NCBI GenBank assembly: GCA_951406725.2
Contig: OX597835.1
Location: 16,306,001 to 16,370,000 of the forward strand
Reading direction: 5' to 3'
Length of the DNA stretch: 64,000 nucleotides
DNA from: Octopus vulgaris
Lineage: Eukaryota
In this document: in pieces, positions 13,030 to 25,461 of the stretch
How positions within the stretch are numbered: position 1 is the first letter of the stretch
Layout: each line of letters opens with the position of its first letter
Made by a program: the position numbers and the translations under genes
Notes under the pieces: generated by a model
Databases searched by the model: none
The model's input: only the letters and a program-made list of their open reading frames with translations
What the model was told of the DNA's origin: nothing

Positions 13030-16000
13030 TTGGTGCTGCTGCTGCTGCTGCTGTTGATGTTGGTGCTGCAACTGCTGCAGATGCTGAATCTGTTGTCTAT
13101 GGTGCATCCACTGATGACGTTCTTCGTCTTCAGAGTCCGTATCTTCCAGAGCTCGGTACATTACTTCACGACTTACAAAGTTTTCCCCTTTATCAAAAAA
13201 AAAAAAGAGAAAAATCACAATACATAAAAAAAAAAAGAAAAAAAGAAAAAAAAAGAAAGAAAAAAAAGAAAGAAAAAAAAAGAAATCCTCCCTGCCCCCC
13301 CACAACCTTGTTTGACGTCATTCAGCTCCTGAAGTCAGTCCTGATTCTGTTGACAAATCATCAAAGATATCCTGGTCATTGCCCTCTAGTCTTTTACTAA
13401 GACCTATACCGAGGGTACAATAGCAAGGCAGACTCACAAAGAGAGCTTTGCAGGAACAGGCGACCTTTTGGAAACCCAGATCAAGAAGAGGAAATAAGAT
13501 TGGGATACATACACCCAATGGAAAACCTGTTTCCAACACTACAGGCAAGCCTTCCAATGGACAACCCCAAGGGAGACATGGAAGCATGGCAGACCAAAAA
13601 CAAGGAGAAAGTCCACAGAAACTGAAGCACCAACAGGCAGCTACACTTGGGGACAACTGCAATCTAGTGCCAAAGATTGAGAGTGAAGGTAGCCCCTTGT
13701 TGGCATCCTATGCTCCACATGGAGTCAAAAGAATTAAGAAGAAATCATCGTCATCATCATCGTTTAACGTCCGTTCTCCATGCTAGCATGGGTTGGACAG
13801 TTCGACCGGGGATCTGGGAAGCCAGAAGGCTGCACCAGGCTCCAGTCTGATCTGGCAAGTGTTTCTACAGCTGGATGCCCTTCCTAATGCCAACCACTCC
13901 AAGAGTGTAGTGGGTGCTTTTTAACGTGCCCTGGATTACATTATTAATGTGCCCTTTTTAAAGATGGCTGGATATGAGTTGAGTAAGATTTGGTTGCTAT
14001 TTCTAGCAGGTTGAACTACTGTTTAAAAGCTTCCTCAGGTGATCTTTCCAGCTGAGACACTGGAAACAAACTAAATTAACTCAATATATCAGGTCCAAGT
14101 ACAGGCTATGTGATTGAGAAGTTCATTCCACAGCCATGTGGTGCCAGCTTTCAATCCCAATGCACAGCACCATGTGTAAAGCAAAACTTGGTAGTCAGAA
14201 ACTGGTTGGTTGGTTGATGAGTGTGTGTGAAAAATTATAATTACTAGCAGTATTGCCCGGCGTTGCTCGGGTTTGTAAGGGAAATAACTATATAAGCATT
14301 TTTAGAGAGTTACTTCCCTTATATAACCCGAGCAAAAATCATTAAAAAATGCGGAAAAATGATGGTAAATTTTTTTTTAATCGTAGACTCATCGTAGATG
14401 CACGCAATACCCAGAAGGGCTCGATATGAATGACGACTATAAGATAGCCACTTTTGGTTAAACTGCACCGCAAAATGTGGGAGTAGTTAGGAATCTAAAT
14501 CGGAGGAGACAGAGTCTCACACACACAACTTCAATTTTATATATAAAGATTAGTATTTTGCTAAAAATGGTCATGGATGTTAGGTAAAATAACAAAAGAA
14601 CATGACTGCAAATGCAAGCGGTTGAAATGGGGTTCCTCCAAGGGAACTCTTATGTAACATTACTTGACAGGGAGCATAGCATGCAGATCAGACTCTCTCT
14701 TCAGGTTGAACTGCTATTTCTCTGCATTGAGAGATCACAGCTCAGGTACCATGAACAAGCAATTAGAATGTCACAGGAAATAATCACAAAACTGGTTCTT
14801 CAAGTTGAGCCAATGGGTAGGAGCCATATGGAGGAGACCAAGGATGAGATAGTTGGATAATATCCAGTCTCAGTTGGCCGTGCTTGGGAATTTGGCCAGA
14901 AAGTGTAAATGTCAGCTGCTTCTAATTGGACCTTATTAAAGAGAAGACTGATGACTCTACCCCAATGACCGTCCCAAGAATAGCAAGTAGAGAAGATAGT
15001 TGGATGGATTTTACTAAAAGCTTCCAAATTTAAAGAGATGAGGAATTATGTACATTATTTACATTCATCGAATTTTGTCCTCATCTTGCTTGTTGTTAAC
15101 ACAACGTTTCGGCTGATATACCCTCCAGCCTTCTTCAGGTGTCTTGGGGAAATTTTGAACCTGGGTTTTCATTCCTAATGAGAATGAGAACCCAGGTTCA
15201 AAATTTCCCCAAGACACTCGAAGAAGGCTGGAAGGTATATCAAGCGAAACGTTGTGTTAACAACAAACAAGACGAGAGCCTTCCAAATTTGCTTTAAGAA
15301 AATATTTTTTAAAGAACTGACCAAAATCTGTGTGTAGTGTAGCACTATTAGAAATAAGAATGAGAAAAAGAGTGAAATCACACACCAGTACTTTGCAGTT
15401 GTTTCTTTAAGACTTTCCGAATCCTTCGTTCACTATAACCATTCTCTAAGAAGGTCAGCACACGAGGCTGCTGCAGACATAATTGCAGTTTACTTCTCCA
15501 GGATTCAGAAGCTGTTAACAAAACCAAAATAAAGAATATTTAGAAAATTCTGAAAAAATCACATGGCAAAGAAGTCAGTGTTTCCTTGGTGTTACCACTT
15601 TATTGTAAGTTTATATGTGTGTATGTATGTTTTTATTTTTCACTTTTTAATTTAGAGTTCATTTCAACTGGCCAGCTAGCTGCTTGGTAAGTAAGTTTCT
15701 CAAGGAAAGCATCTTGTTTTGTTCCATTATCTTTAGATTTTAAAGGTCTTGTGAATTTTTATTGTTGTGATCATTTGTAGGGAATTAAGGAGCTGCATGA
15801 TCAACCATATTTTGTTCCAGGTGGGTTGTTACATGTCCTGTTGCTCCAATAATACCAGTTATGAATGAAACTGAAAGTCTATCTATTTGCAAACTCCTTA
15901 TCAATGATCCATAAATGTTTTCTTTCTCCTGTATTTTTCTGACATCATAGTGTCCAGGGGCCAGCTGATTTACATAACAAAGCATTTTTTTTCTTGTGCT

Positions 16001-16579
16001 CCTACACAAAAATATCTGGCCCCTTTTTTTTTTTTTTTTTTTTTTGTCTTTGACACATTAAATTCCAATATAATTGTAATCTACACCATCTGAAAGTATT
16101 TGCAAAAAATATCATTAAAAAATACCTAATTTCCTGAAAGTTATGAGAAGACAAATAGGGGGTGGAAGAATACACTTCTGTAATTAAGTTCAATCGACAT
16201 TTAGATCCAGTTTTCCTATTCAGCTTTCTATTTCAAAAACACCACCCAACAAATATGAAAGAATATTGGAATCAACTTAATTTAGATGACACTGGATTGA
16301 AATTATAATTTGTAGAAGAAAGTAATGTTGCTAATATTGGCAACTACAGAAAATGTTAAACTAACCCACAGTAAATTGAAATACTGCAGTGAATAAGATT
16401 TGTGAGTGAAGCATGTACTTGAAATATTCAATAATAAAAGGAAGTTCAAAACAGCATTTTGATAAAAATATATCAACACTGGAATTTATACAAATTTTTC
16501 AGACAATCTAACATTAATAACTGCTTTTAGTATAAGTTACATAATTCCAGCTAATTAGTAAGCAACTTTCCCCCATTGT

Positions 16580-16615
<36 letters not shown>

Positions 16616-18836
16616 GAGTGAGAGAGCAGTGCATGCCATCAAAGTGACACTGGGGTACAAATATATGAAGCCCAATATACCCATCATGACTACTCATCTG
16701 ATAAGGGTACACTCAACACGACACATGCATCACAATCATATGTGCGCAACAAGGTGATCTCATATCACGATAGTGTATGATCTCATAGGTGGGGGCCTAG
16801 TTAAAATTTTCTTCAGATCAAGTAGCCCATCCCATTCAAAAGTTCCTGAAAAAGGGTTGTTTAAGGGTGTAGAAAGAAACACCCATGTTTCCACAGGTGA
16901 ATTATTCAAACCCCAAAGAATTCTTCTCAACACATGGTTGATGCTCTCCCACTACTTCTGCTCATGGTCAGAGATGCACATATCATCAGCCACCAAGTGA
17001 CATGCTTAACCCTTTCGTTACCAACTCGGCTGAAACCGGCTCTGGCACTGTTGTACAAATGCCTTGTTTTCATAAGGTTTTAATCAAAATCTTCCACCAA
17101 ACCTTAGTCACAATTTATGTTCCTAACACTAGCTGAATGCTAACTAAGTTATTTTACTAAATTCTTTGTTATATTTAAAGTAATTGAAAGAAACACAGAG
17201 CATCTCAAAATAAATACAGTAACAAAAGGGTTAACTGATTACGGTCAAACAACTGACAAAGCAAATCTGTGGTATTGAGCAGAATAGTTGCAACAGCCCA
17301 TCTTCTACACCAAGTCAAAACATGCACATGATAACACTTACAATAAGTTGAGATCAGAAGCCATGAGGCCAGTGCCTGATTAATATTGTTCAACTGGCAC
17401 TTATTTTATCGACCCCAAAAGGATGAAAGGTCGACTTTACCTTTCATCCTTTCAGGGTTGATAAAATAAGTACCAGTTGAACACTGGGGTCGGTGTAATT
17501 GACTCATCGCTTACTCCAAAACTTCTGCCCTTGTGGCAAAATTTGAAACCACTATTATTATCATCATCTGTGAAATGTCACCAAAGACAATGTCATATTC
17601 CTGACAATAGCATTACAAGACATCTCATTGACAACTACCGGTGTAAAATACAGGACGAGTAAACATCTAAGCACTTTGATTAGAACATATGACAAAACAG
17701 ATGTAAAAATAAATGACAGGCTTATAGAGTTAATTCACCTAAACACCTCTCTTTCAATGTAGCTTGGTCTTGTACAGTTAAAACCATTTTTTTAAATGCA
17801 AGAATTATGAAGACATTGAAAAAAAAATTAATTTAATTTAGAGGAGGAAAGGTAATGTCCTTGACATTTTTTTACAGTGTCTCTGTGATTGATGGAAGAA
17901 AAGGAAGAAGTTATTGATCAACCTAGTGACCTGTCCTGAATGCTTGCAGTAGAGTGGACTCTGCTAAAACAACCCAGGTGTCAACTGGTGGATTTTAGCC
18001 AAATTAAGATGGCCTCTTCCAAAGTTTCTGTCCCCTAAATGTCAACCTGAAGCTGTGGTAGAAGACACATGCCCAAGTTGTCACCATCATTTTAATGCCC
18101 ACTTTTCCATTGGACAGAGTTTATTGAAGCAGATTTTCTACAGCTGGATGCCCTTCCTGTCGCCAATCATTAACGTCCCCATAACTTAGCGGTTCAGCAA
18201 AAGAGACCGATAGAATAAGTACTAAGCTTACAAAGAATAAGTCCTGGGGTCGATTTGCTCGACTAAAGGCAGTGCTCCAGCATAGCCGCAGTCAAATGAC
18301 TGAAACGAGTAAAAGAGTAAGGCCAGGGAAACAGCACCTTTCTCATGTTACATCTATAGAAAACCTCTCTCTTCTAGGGGAAGGTTATGGATAGCTCCAC
18401 CTCTCTTCTAAATGAGAGGGACACTTCAGGAAATAGAGACGGGGAGGGGACAGACTTCACATATATCAGAGATATTCTCTATATCTTTCCTAGCCTATTT
18501 CCCCAACCAGGCCCCACCATAACTTTCCAGAAAAATGTATGCCCCTACTGGTGGTCGGCAAGAAACAACTTTATTTTTAATATTCTATCACAATTATTTA
18601 ATACACAAGAATTTACCGGTAACACTTTTATTAATTAAAGTATAAAAGAAAAAGTACATTTCTGACTTTAAAAAGAAAAAGGTAAGTAGCTTGCTAACCA
18701 ACCACATGGTTCTGGGTTCAGTCCCACTGCATGGCATCTTGGGCAAGTGTCTTCTGCTATAGCCCCGGGCCAACCAATGCCTTGTGAGTGGATTTGGTAG
18801 ACGGAAACTGAAAGAAGCCTGTCGTATATATGTATG

Positions 18837-18869
<33 letters not shown>

Positions 18870-21317
18870 GTGTGTGTTTGTGTGTGTGTGTTTGTCCCCC
18901 TAGCATTGCTTGACAACCGATGCTGGTGTGTTTACGTCCCCGTCACTTAGCGGTTCGGCAAAAGAGACCGATAGAATAAGTACTGGGCTTACAAAGAATA
19001 AGTCCCAGGGTCGATTTGCTCCACTAAAGGCAGTGCTCCAGCATGGCCGCAGTCAAAATGACTGAAACAAGTAAAAGAGTAAAAAGAACCACTTTAACAA
19101 GAACCTTGTGCTTGGCAACTATGGCACTACATCTGACCACAATTTCCCCATGCGCCACATTGGGAACCCCTGCTCTATATACAACCTTTATGTAGCAGAA
19201 AGGCTACATCTCCCTTTCAAATACAGGAGTCCTCTACGGTCTTTACATAGGACTACAATATGCAAGGTACTCATAGCCATTCTTCTCAATGCAAGACAAG
19301 GTAGCAACAGTAAAATAAACAATAAAATACTTACTTGTTTCTTGAGAAGAAGGAACATGTAACTGCAAAGAAATAGAGAAATACAATGATGAGTATACTG
19401 AGATGACACAATACAACTTATTGTATAAGATTTACAGGTAAAACATAACAAACAAGGTTGGTTTTGATATTCTGAATTATGCTCCCTGTCTAATAACAAA
19501 GAAAAAATTACTGTCACATCGTAGCACGAGTGTGCCTCTATGTGGTCACTCAACATGCTAAAAATAGCAGTAAGATCTCTCCCAACTGATCATAGTATCA
19601 TTAAAGAAAAAAAAAGGGTGGAGGCATATTTGATAATGTAGTTCTAGATACCCTATTAAATGATTGAAAATGTAAGATGTGTTGTTAATTAATCAAGTTA
19701 TAATTTTTCAAATTGTTAATCACCACCTACGAAAATGAAACTTTTTATATTACTTGCAACATCCCTCTCTACTCCCCACTAAGTCGAGGGGTTTTGTCTT
19801 GTGAGTACCTGATGACCTTGACTAGTGTCATGTAAAAAGTATCCAATATAGTCTAAAATGTAGTTGGTGTTAGGAAGGTCATCAAGAAGTCAGAAGACAC
19901 TGGAGTTTGGTGCAGTTGTCTTGCTTACCAGCTCCTGGTCAGCTGTCCAAGCCATGCCAGCAAAACAGAAGTTAAATAATAATGATGATGACGATGTCTA
20001 TACAATGTTTCCATCTGTTGATCATTGACCATTATTTGATGGTCTTATTCCTAGATATGTAAATAGGCGCAGGAGTGGCTGTGTGGTAAGTAGCTTGCTA
20101 ACAAGCCACATGGTTCTGGGTTCAGTCCCACTGCGTGGCATCTTGGGCAAATGTCTTCTGCTATAGCCTCGGGCCGACCAAAGCCTTGTTAGTGGATTTG
20201 GTAGACGGAAACTGAAAGAAGCCAGTCGTATATATGTACATATATATGTATGTGTATGTATATGTTTGTGTGTCTGTGTTTGTCCCTCTAGCATTGCTTG
20301 ACAACCGATGCTGGTGTGTTTACGTCCCCGTCACTTAGCGGTTCGGCAAAAGAGACCGATAGAATAAGTACTGGGCTTACAAAGATTTGCTCGACTAAAG
20401 GCGGTGCTCCAGCATGGCCGCAGTCAAATGACTGAAACAAGTAAAAGAGTACCATACAGGATTCAAATTAAGTGCCTTTATTTCAAAACCAGAAGGCTGC
20501 AAACACCAACCAGGCTACAGAATCAGGAAAGTAAGACTTTTGGTTGAGAAAAAAGAAATTCTTCCTTTGATCCCAGTCCAATATTGTATACAACATCACG
20601 GAATAAGGCAAATACTAACAACTGGAGATCAAACTGATAACAACTCAGTACATCATCATCATTTAATGTTCACTGTCCATGCTGGCATGGGTTGGATGGC
20701 TTGACTGGGTTGGCACGCTGGAAGGCTGCACCAGGCTCCAGTCTGATTTGGCATGGTTTTCTACAGCTGGATACCCTTCCTAATGCCAACCACTCCAAGA
20801 GTGTAATGGGTGCTTTTATGTGCCACCAGCACAGGTGCCATTTGCATGACACCGGTATCTGCCATAACTGCAATTTTTGATGATATGACTATATTTCTAG
20901 ACTGACATTGTAGGCTAGGTGTGAGAAGCTGGCATGAATATAAAACAAGTACAGGATTTTGACCCGATATGGCTAGTTTAAACACTAAAGGGTTAAGAAG
21001 ACTCAAACCCTGTTTTAACACCTTGATAGGAAACCTCACCGGTGATTACAATACAGAGCCAGCACCGCCTCGACTGGCTTCTGTGCCAGTGGCACATAAA
21101 AAGCACCAACCGATCGTGGCTGATGCCAGACCCCTCTGGCACCTGTGCAGGTGGCACGTAAAAAGCACCCACTACACTCACAGAGTGGTTAGCGTTAGGA
21201 AGGGCATCCAGCTGTAGAAACACTGCCAGATCAGACTGGAGCCTGGAGCAGCCCCTGGCTCCCCAGACCCCGGTCGAACCGTCCAACACGTGCTAGCGCG
21301 GAAAACGGATGTTAAAC

Positions 21318-21352
<35 letters not shown>

Positions 21353-23044
21353 GAGCCTGCCATTCCATCTTGTAATCTTTATATATAAAAGTCAAGTTGT
21401 GAGTCTGTCTCCTACGATTTAGATTCCTAACTACTCCCACATTTTGCGGTGCAGTTTAACCAAAACCGGGTATCTCATAGTCGTGATTCATATCGAGCCC
21501 TTCTGGGTATTAGCGCGCGTCTACAATGAGTCTACGATTTAAAAAAAAATTTACCATAATTTTTTTCCCATTTTAATGCATTTTTTCGCTATTATATAAG
21601 GGAAGTAACTCTCTAAAAATGTCTACGATGAGTCAACGATTTAAAAATATATTTACCATCATTTTTCCCCCCATTTTTAATGCATTTTTTTGCTATTTTT
21701 TGGCTATAACTCTCCAAAAATGCTTATATAGTTATTTCCCTTACAAACCCGAGCAACGCTGGGCGATACTGCTAGTACTAGATACACTAACTGTTTTGCT
21801 TATCTTTTAACAGAACAAATTTATCTCAGCAACATATTTAGTCAGTCGCTTGGCACTAGCAGCATAGGTTATTCACCTCATGAATCATTTCAATGGAACC
21901 TCTCAAATAAAAGACAAATTCACAGCAGGAAAATTTCTTTTGTGAGGTATACTTGCCATCTCGATATGGCTAACCACTAAGGGTGGGTGTTACTGTAGCT
22001 TGTAGCCCCAGGAGAACATCGTCTCCAGCTGGCTTTAGGCACACTTCTCCCTTAGTGGTTAGCCATATTACGCTCCCTGTCTAATAACAATGAAAAAATT
22101 ACTGTCATATTGTAGCATAGAGTGTGCCTCTATGTGGTCACTCAACATGCTAAAAATAGCAGTAAGATCTCTCCCAACTGATCAAAGAAAAAAAAGGGTG
22201 GAGGCGTATTTGATGATGTAGTTCTAGATACACTATTAAATGATTCAGAGATTTATTATTGCTTGCTTGCAAAATTTCTTTTGTTTTTAAGAAAGAAAGA
22301 AAAAAAAAAAAAAAAAAAAAAAACACACCCATGAAGAAATTCTACTCACTGGACGGTACTTGTCTGTTTGCTGGGTGGGGTCCTTTTTGCAAACTTTTGC
22401 TTCTCTCCAGTCATTGGGCTCGATACCAAGGAGCCTATGGGGCTGGATCTGTTTAAAATAAAACAAAAATAGAAATTAAAATAGATTCCTCGTTCAATTT
22501 TCAGCTATGGAAGGTCAATATAAACAAGGGCTTAGAAGGTTTTCAAAGGCTATGGGATCGTGCCCACCTCCTTGGTTTAAGTAGTCAAATGAAAAAAGAT
22601 AAAAACACACAAAAATATACAATAATAAAATGCTTTAATTTCATACTGGACTGAAAAAAAAAAATCATAATGTAAAGAATGAGGGAGCCATTATATGGTT
22701 GTTTGATATGCTATGAATAACAGCCAATTCTTCAAATCACACCTTATCATCATCATCATCATCGTTAAACGTCCGCTTTCCATGCTAGCATGGGTTGGAC
22801 GGTTCCACCGGGGTCTGGGAAGCCCGAAGGCTGCACACAGGTGCCAGACAAGGCTGGCGAACGGCCACGCTCGGATGGTGTAAAAACGACAGTCAATAAA
22901 GTAGTTTTAGGCCAGTGTTTCTCAACCTTTTTTACCCTTGTGTAACCCTTAAAATAAATTACATGTCTTAAGGGACCCCTGCACAAAAAAATTATATACC
23001 ATATCTTTCTCATATTTTTTTCCATTGTGGTTCACATGGTAACT

Positions 23045-23082
<38 letters not shown>

Positions 23083-25418
23083 AACACACACTCATATATA
23101 TGGTGGTTATATTTTTTGATAACAGGTTAGATACGATGATATCTATATTACAATAACCAACAAAATGTTGTGAATGTATAGTAATATTATTATCATGGAA
23201 TTAACATTAGCTTATCTCACTCTTTCTCGCGGAACCCCTAGGAACCTTTTGCGGAACCCTAGGGTTCCGGGGAACCCCAGTTGAGAAATGCTGTCTTAGA
23301 CTTACAAAAAGAAGGGATGGTCATGGGGCTACCAGGGCCTAAATAATCCTTTCCACTATATGCACAAGGCCTAAAATTTTGTGAGGAGGAGGCTAATCAT
23401 CACCATCATCATTTAGCGTCCGTTGTCCATGCTAGCATGGGTTGGACAGTTTGACTGGGCTGGCACGCTGGAAGGCTGTGCCAGGCTCCAGTCTGATTTG
23501 GCCTGGTTTCTATGGCTGGATACCCTTCCTAACGCCAACCACTCCGAGAGTGTAACGGGTGCTTTTATGTGCCAATGGCACAGGTACCATTTGTGTGACA
23601 CCGGTATCTGCCACAACTCGTGAGGCCCAACACTTGAAAGGAGCTTGACCACTGTGCCTTCATGACGCCCAACACTTGAAAGGAACTCAGCCACCTCGCC
23701 TCTGTAAGGCCCGTCAATTACATCAACCTCCAGTATATGACTGGTACCTATTTTATTGACCCCGAAAGACTGTAAAGCAAAGACGACTTTGGTGGATTCT
23801 GAAATCAGAACATAATGCCCCCCCCCCCCCCCCCAATGCTGCTAAGCATTTTGACCAGAATGGTAATGACTATCAGCTCATTGCTTTAAATAATGGTTTT
23901 GGATTAGGTACAGAGGCCAGCAGTTTTGAGGGAAGGGGGATAGTTATAAACAATCTTAGTACTTGATGGGTACTTTATTTCTGGCAACCCCCAAAGGGAC
24001 AAAAAGCAAAGATGACCGCAGCAAGATCTGAATTCTGAACATAAAGAGCTAGAAGAAATGCCACGAAACATTTTGTTTGACGCACTAACAATTCTGCCAG
24101 CTCACTGCTTTTCTGGACCTCAGTAATAAGAACAAGAGAGACATAAACTATAATCAAAAATAATTCTTCTGAATGGTCAGATGTGATCAATATAATTGTC
24201 GTTAATTATGATAATTATTGGAGTCATGATGTCAGTTTTAATGAAAGATGTGACAACTATAAAACGATGTTGGTTAATTAACTGTAAACTTCTTTTCTCC
24301 TTGTAAACTGAATCAATCATTTCTGTAGACAAGGACTTTTCTCCTGTCCATTTGGTGAGACTTAGTAGACAATCATCATCATCATCATCATTTAGCGTCC
24401 GCTTTCCATGCTAGCATGGGTTGGACGGGTCAACTGGGGTCTGTGAAGCTGGAAGGCTTCGTCAGGCCCAGTCAGATCTGGCAGTGTTTCTACGGCTGGA
24501 TGCCCTGGCTAACGCCAACCACTCCGCGAGTGTAGTGGGTGTTTTTTACGTGCCACCTGCACGGGTGCCAGACAGAGCTGGCAAACGGCCACGAACGGAT
24601 GGTGCTTTTACGTGTCACCGGCACGGGGCCAGGCGAGGCTGGCAACGGACACGAACGGATGGTGCTTTTACGTGCCACCGACACGGGGCCAGACAGAGCT
24701 GGCAAACGGCCACGAATGGACGGTGCTTTTACGTGTCACCGGCACGGGGGCCAGCCGAGGCTGACAACGAACACATTATTCTTCATTGAGAGAGAGAGAG
24801 AGAGCTCATGTAATTCATCATCAGCATTTAACATCCACTTTTCCATGCTTGCATGAGTCGGACAGGATTTGCTGAGGCAGATTTTCTACAACCAGATGCT
24901 CTTACTGTTGCTAAACCTTTTCCTGCTTTCAAGCAAAGTAATATTTCACCATGGCTGGGCATTTTTTTTCACAGAAGGCAGGAAACACGCAACACTGCCT
25001 GTATGGCAGTGATACTCATTTACAACCATCACATGACGTCAAAACAAGAGTACAACAACAACACACACACACATGCAATGGGCTTCTTTCAGTTTCCATC
25101 TCCAAAACCACAACATCATGAATGCAACACCCTAACCAATAGGCCACAGGCTGTCCTTAGTTAAGCTATGTGCTCCCTTAACTATCTGGCTGTTTAAATA
25201 AAGCTATCCTTGTTAATTAAGTTGACTAGGTGCATCCCTAATTACCTATCTATTTGAATGAAGCTGTCCTTAATTCATCCTGAGTAGGTGCACTCCTAAC
25301 CACCTATTTAAACAAAGCTAATCTTGTTAATTAAGTTGACTAGGTACATCCCTTACTACCTGGCTATTTAAACAAATCTCTCCTCTTCCCTCAAGCTTTG
25401 TCAAACACTTTAAATGAA

Positions 25419-25461
<43 letters not shown>

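Noticed and set aside
13172-13177. Perfect GTAAGT 10 nt inside the large exon as an alternative donor
   Set aside because: It falls at a codon boundary (phase 0), incompatible with the phase-1 RING acceptor, and would cut the UBA helix.
11571-13227. Overlapping and antisense ORFs (poly-C, -V, -A, -L, -T) over the polyQ exon
   Set aside because: Expected by-product of CAG/CAA/CCA repeats being open in several frames. Only two frames connect to the UBA and RING.
20066-20140. tRNA-like A/B boxes as tRNA genes
   Set aside because: They are heads of multi-copy SINEs continuing into SINE body and tail, with no complete cloverleaf.
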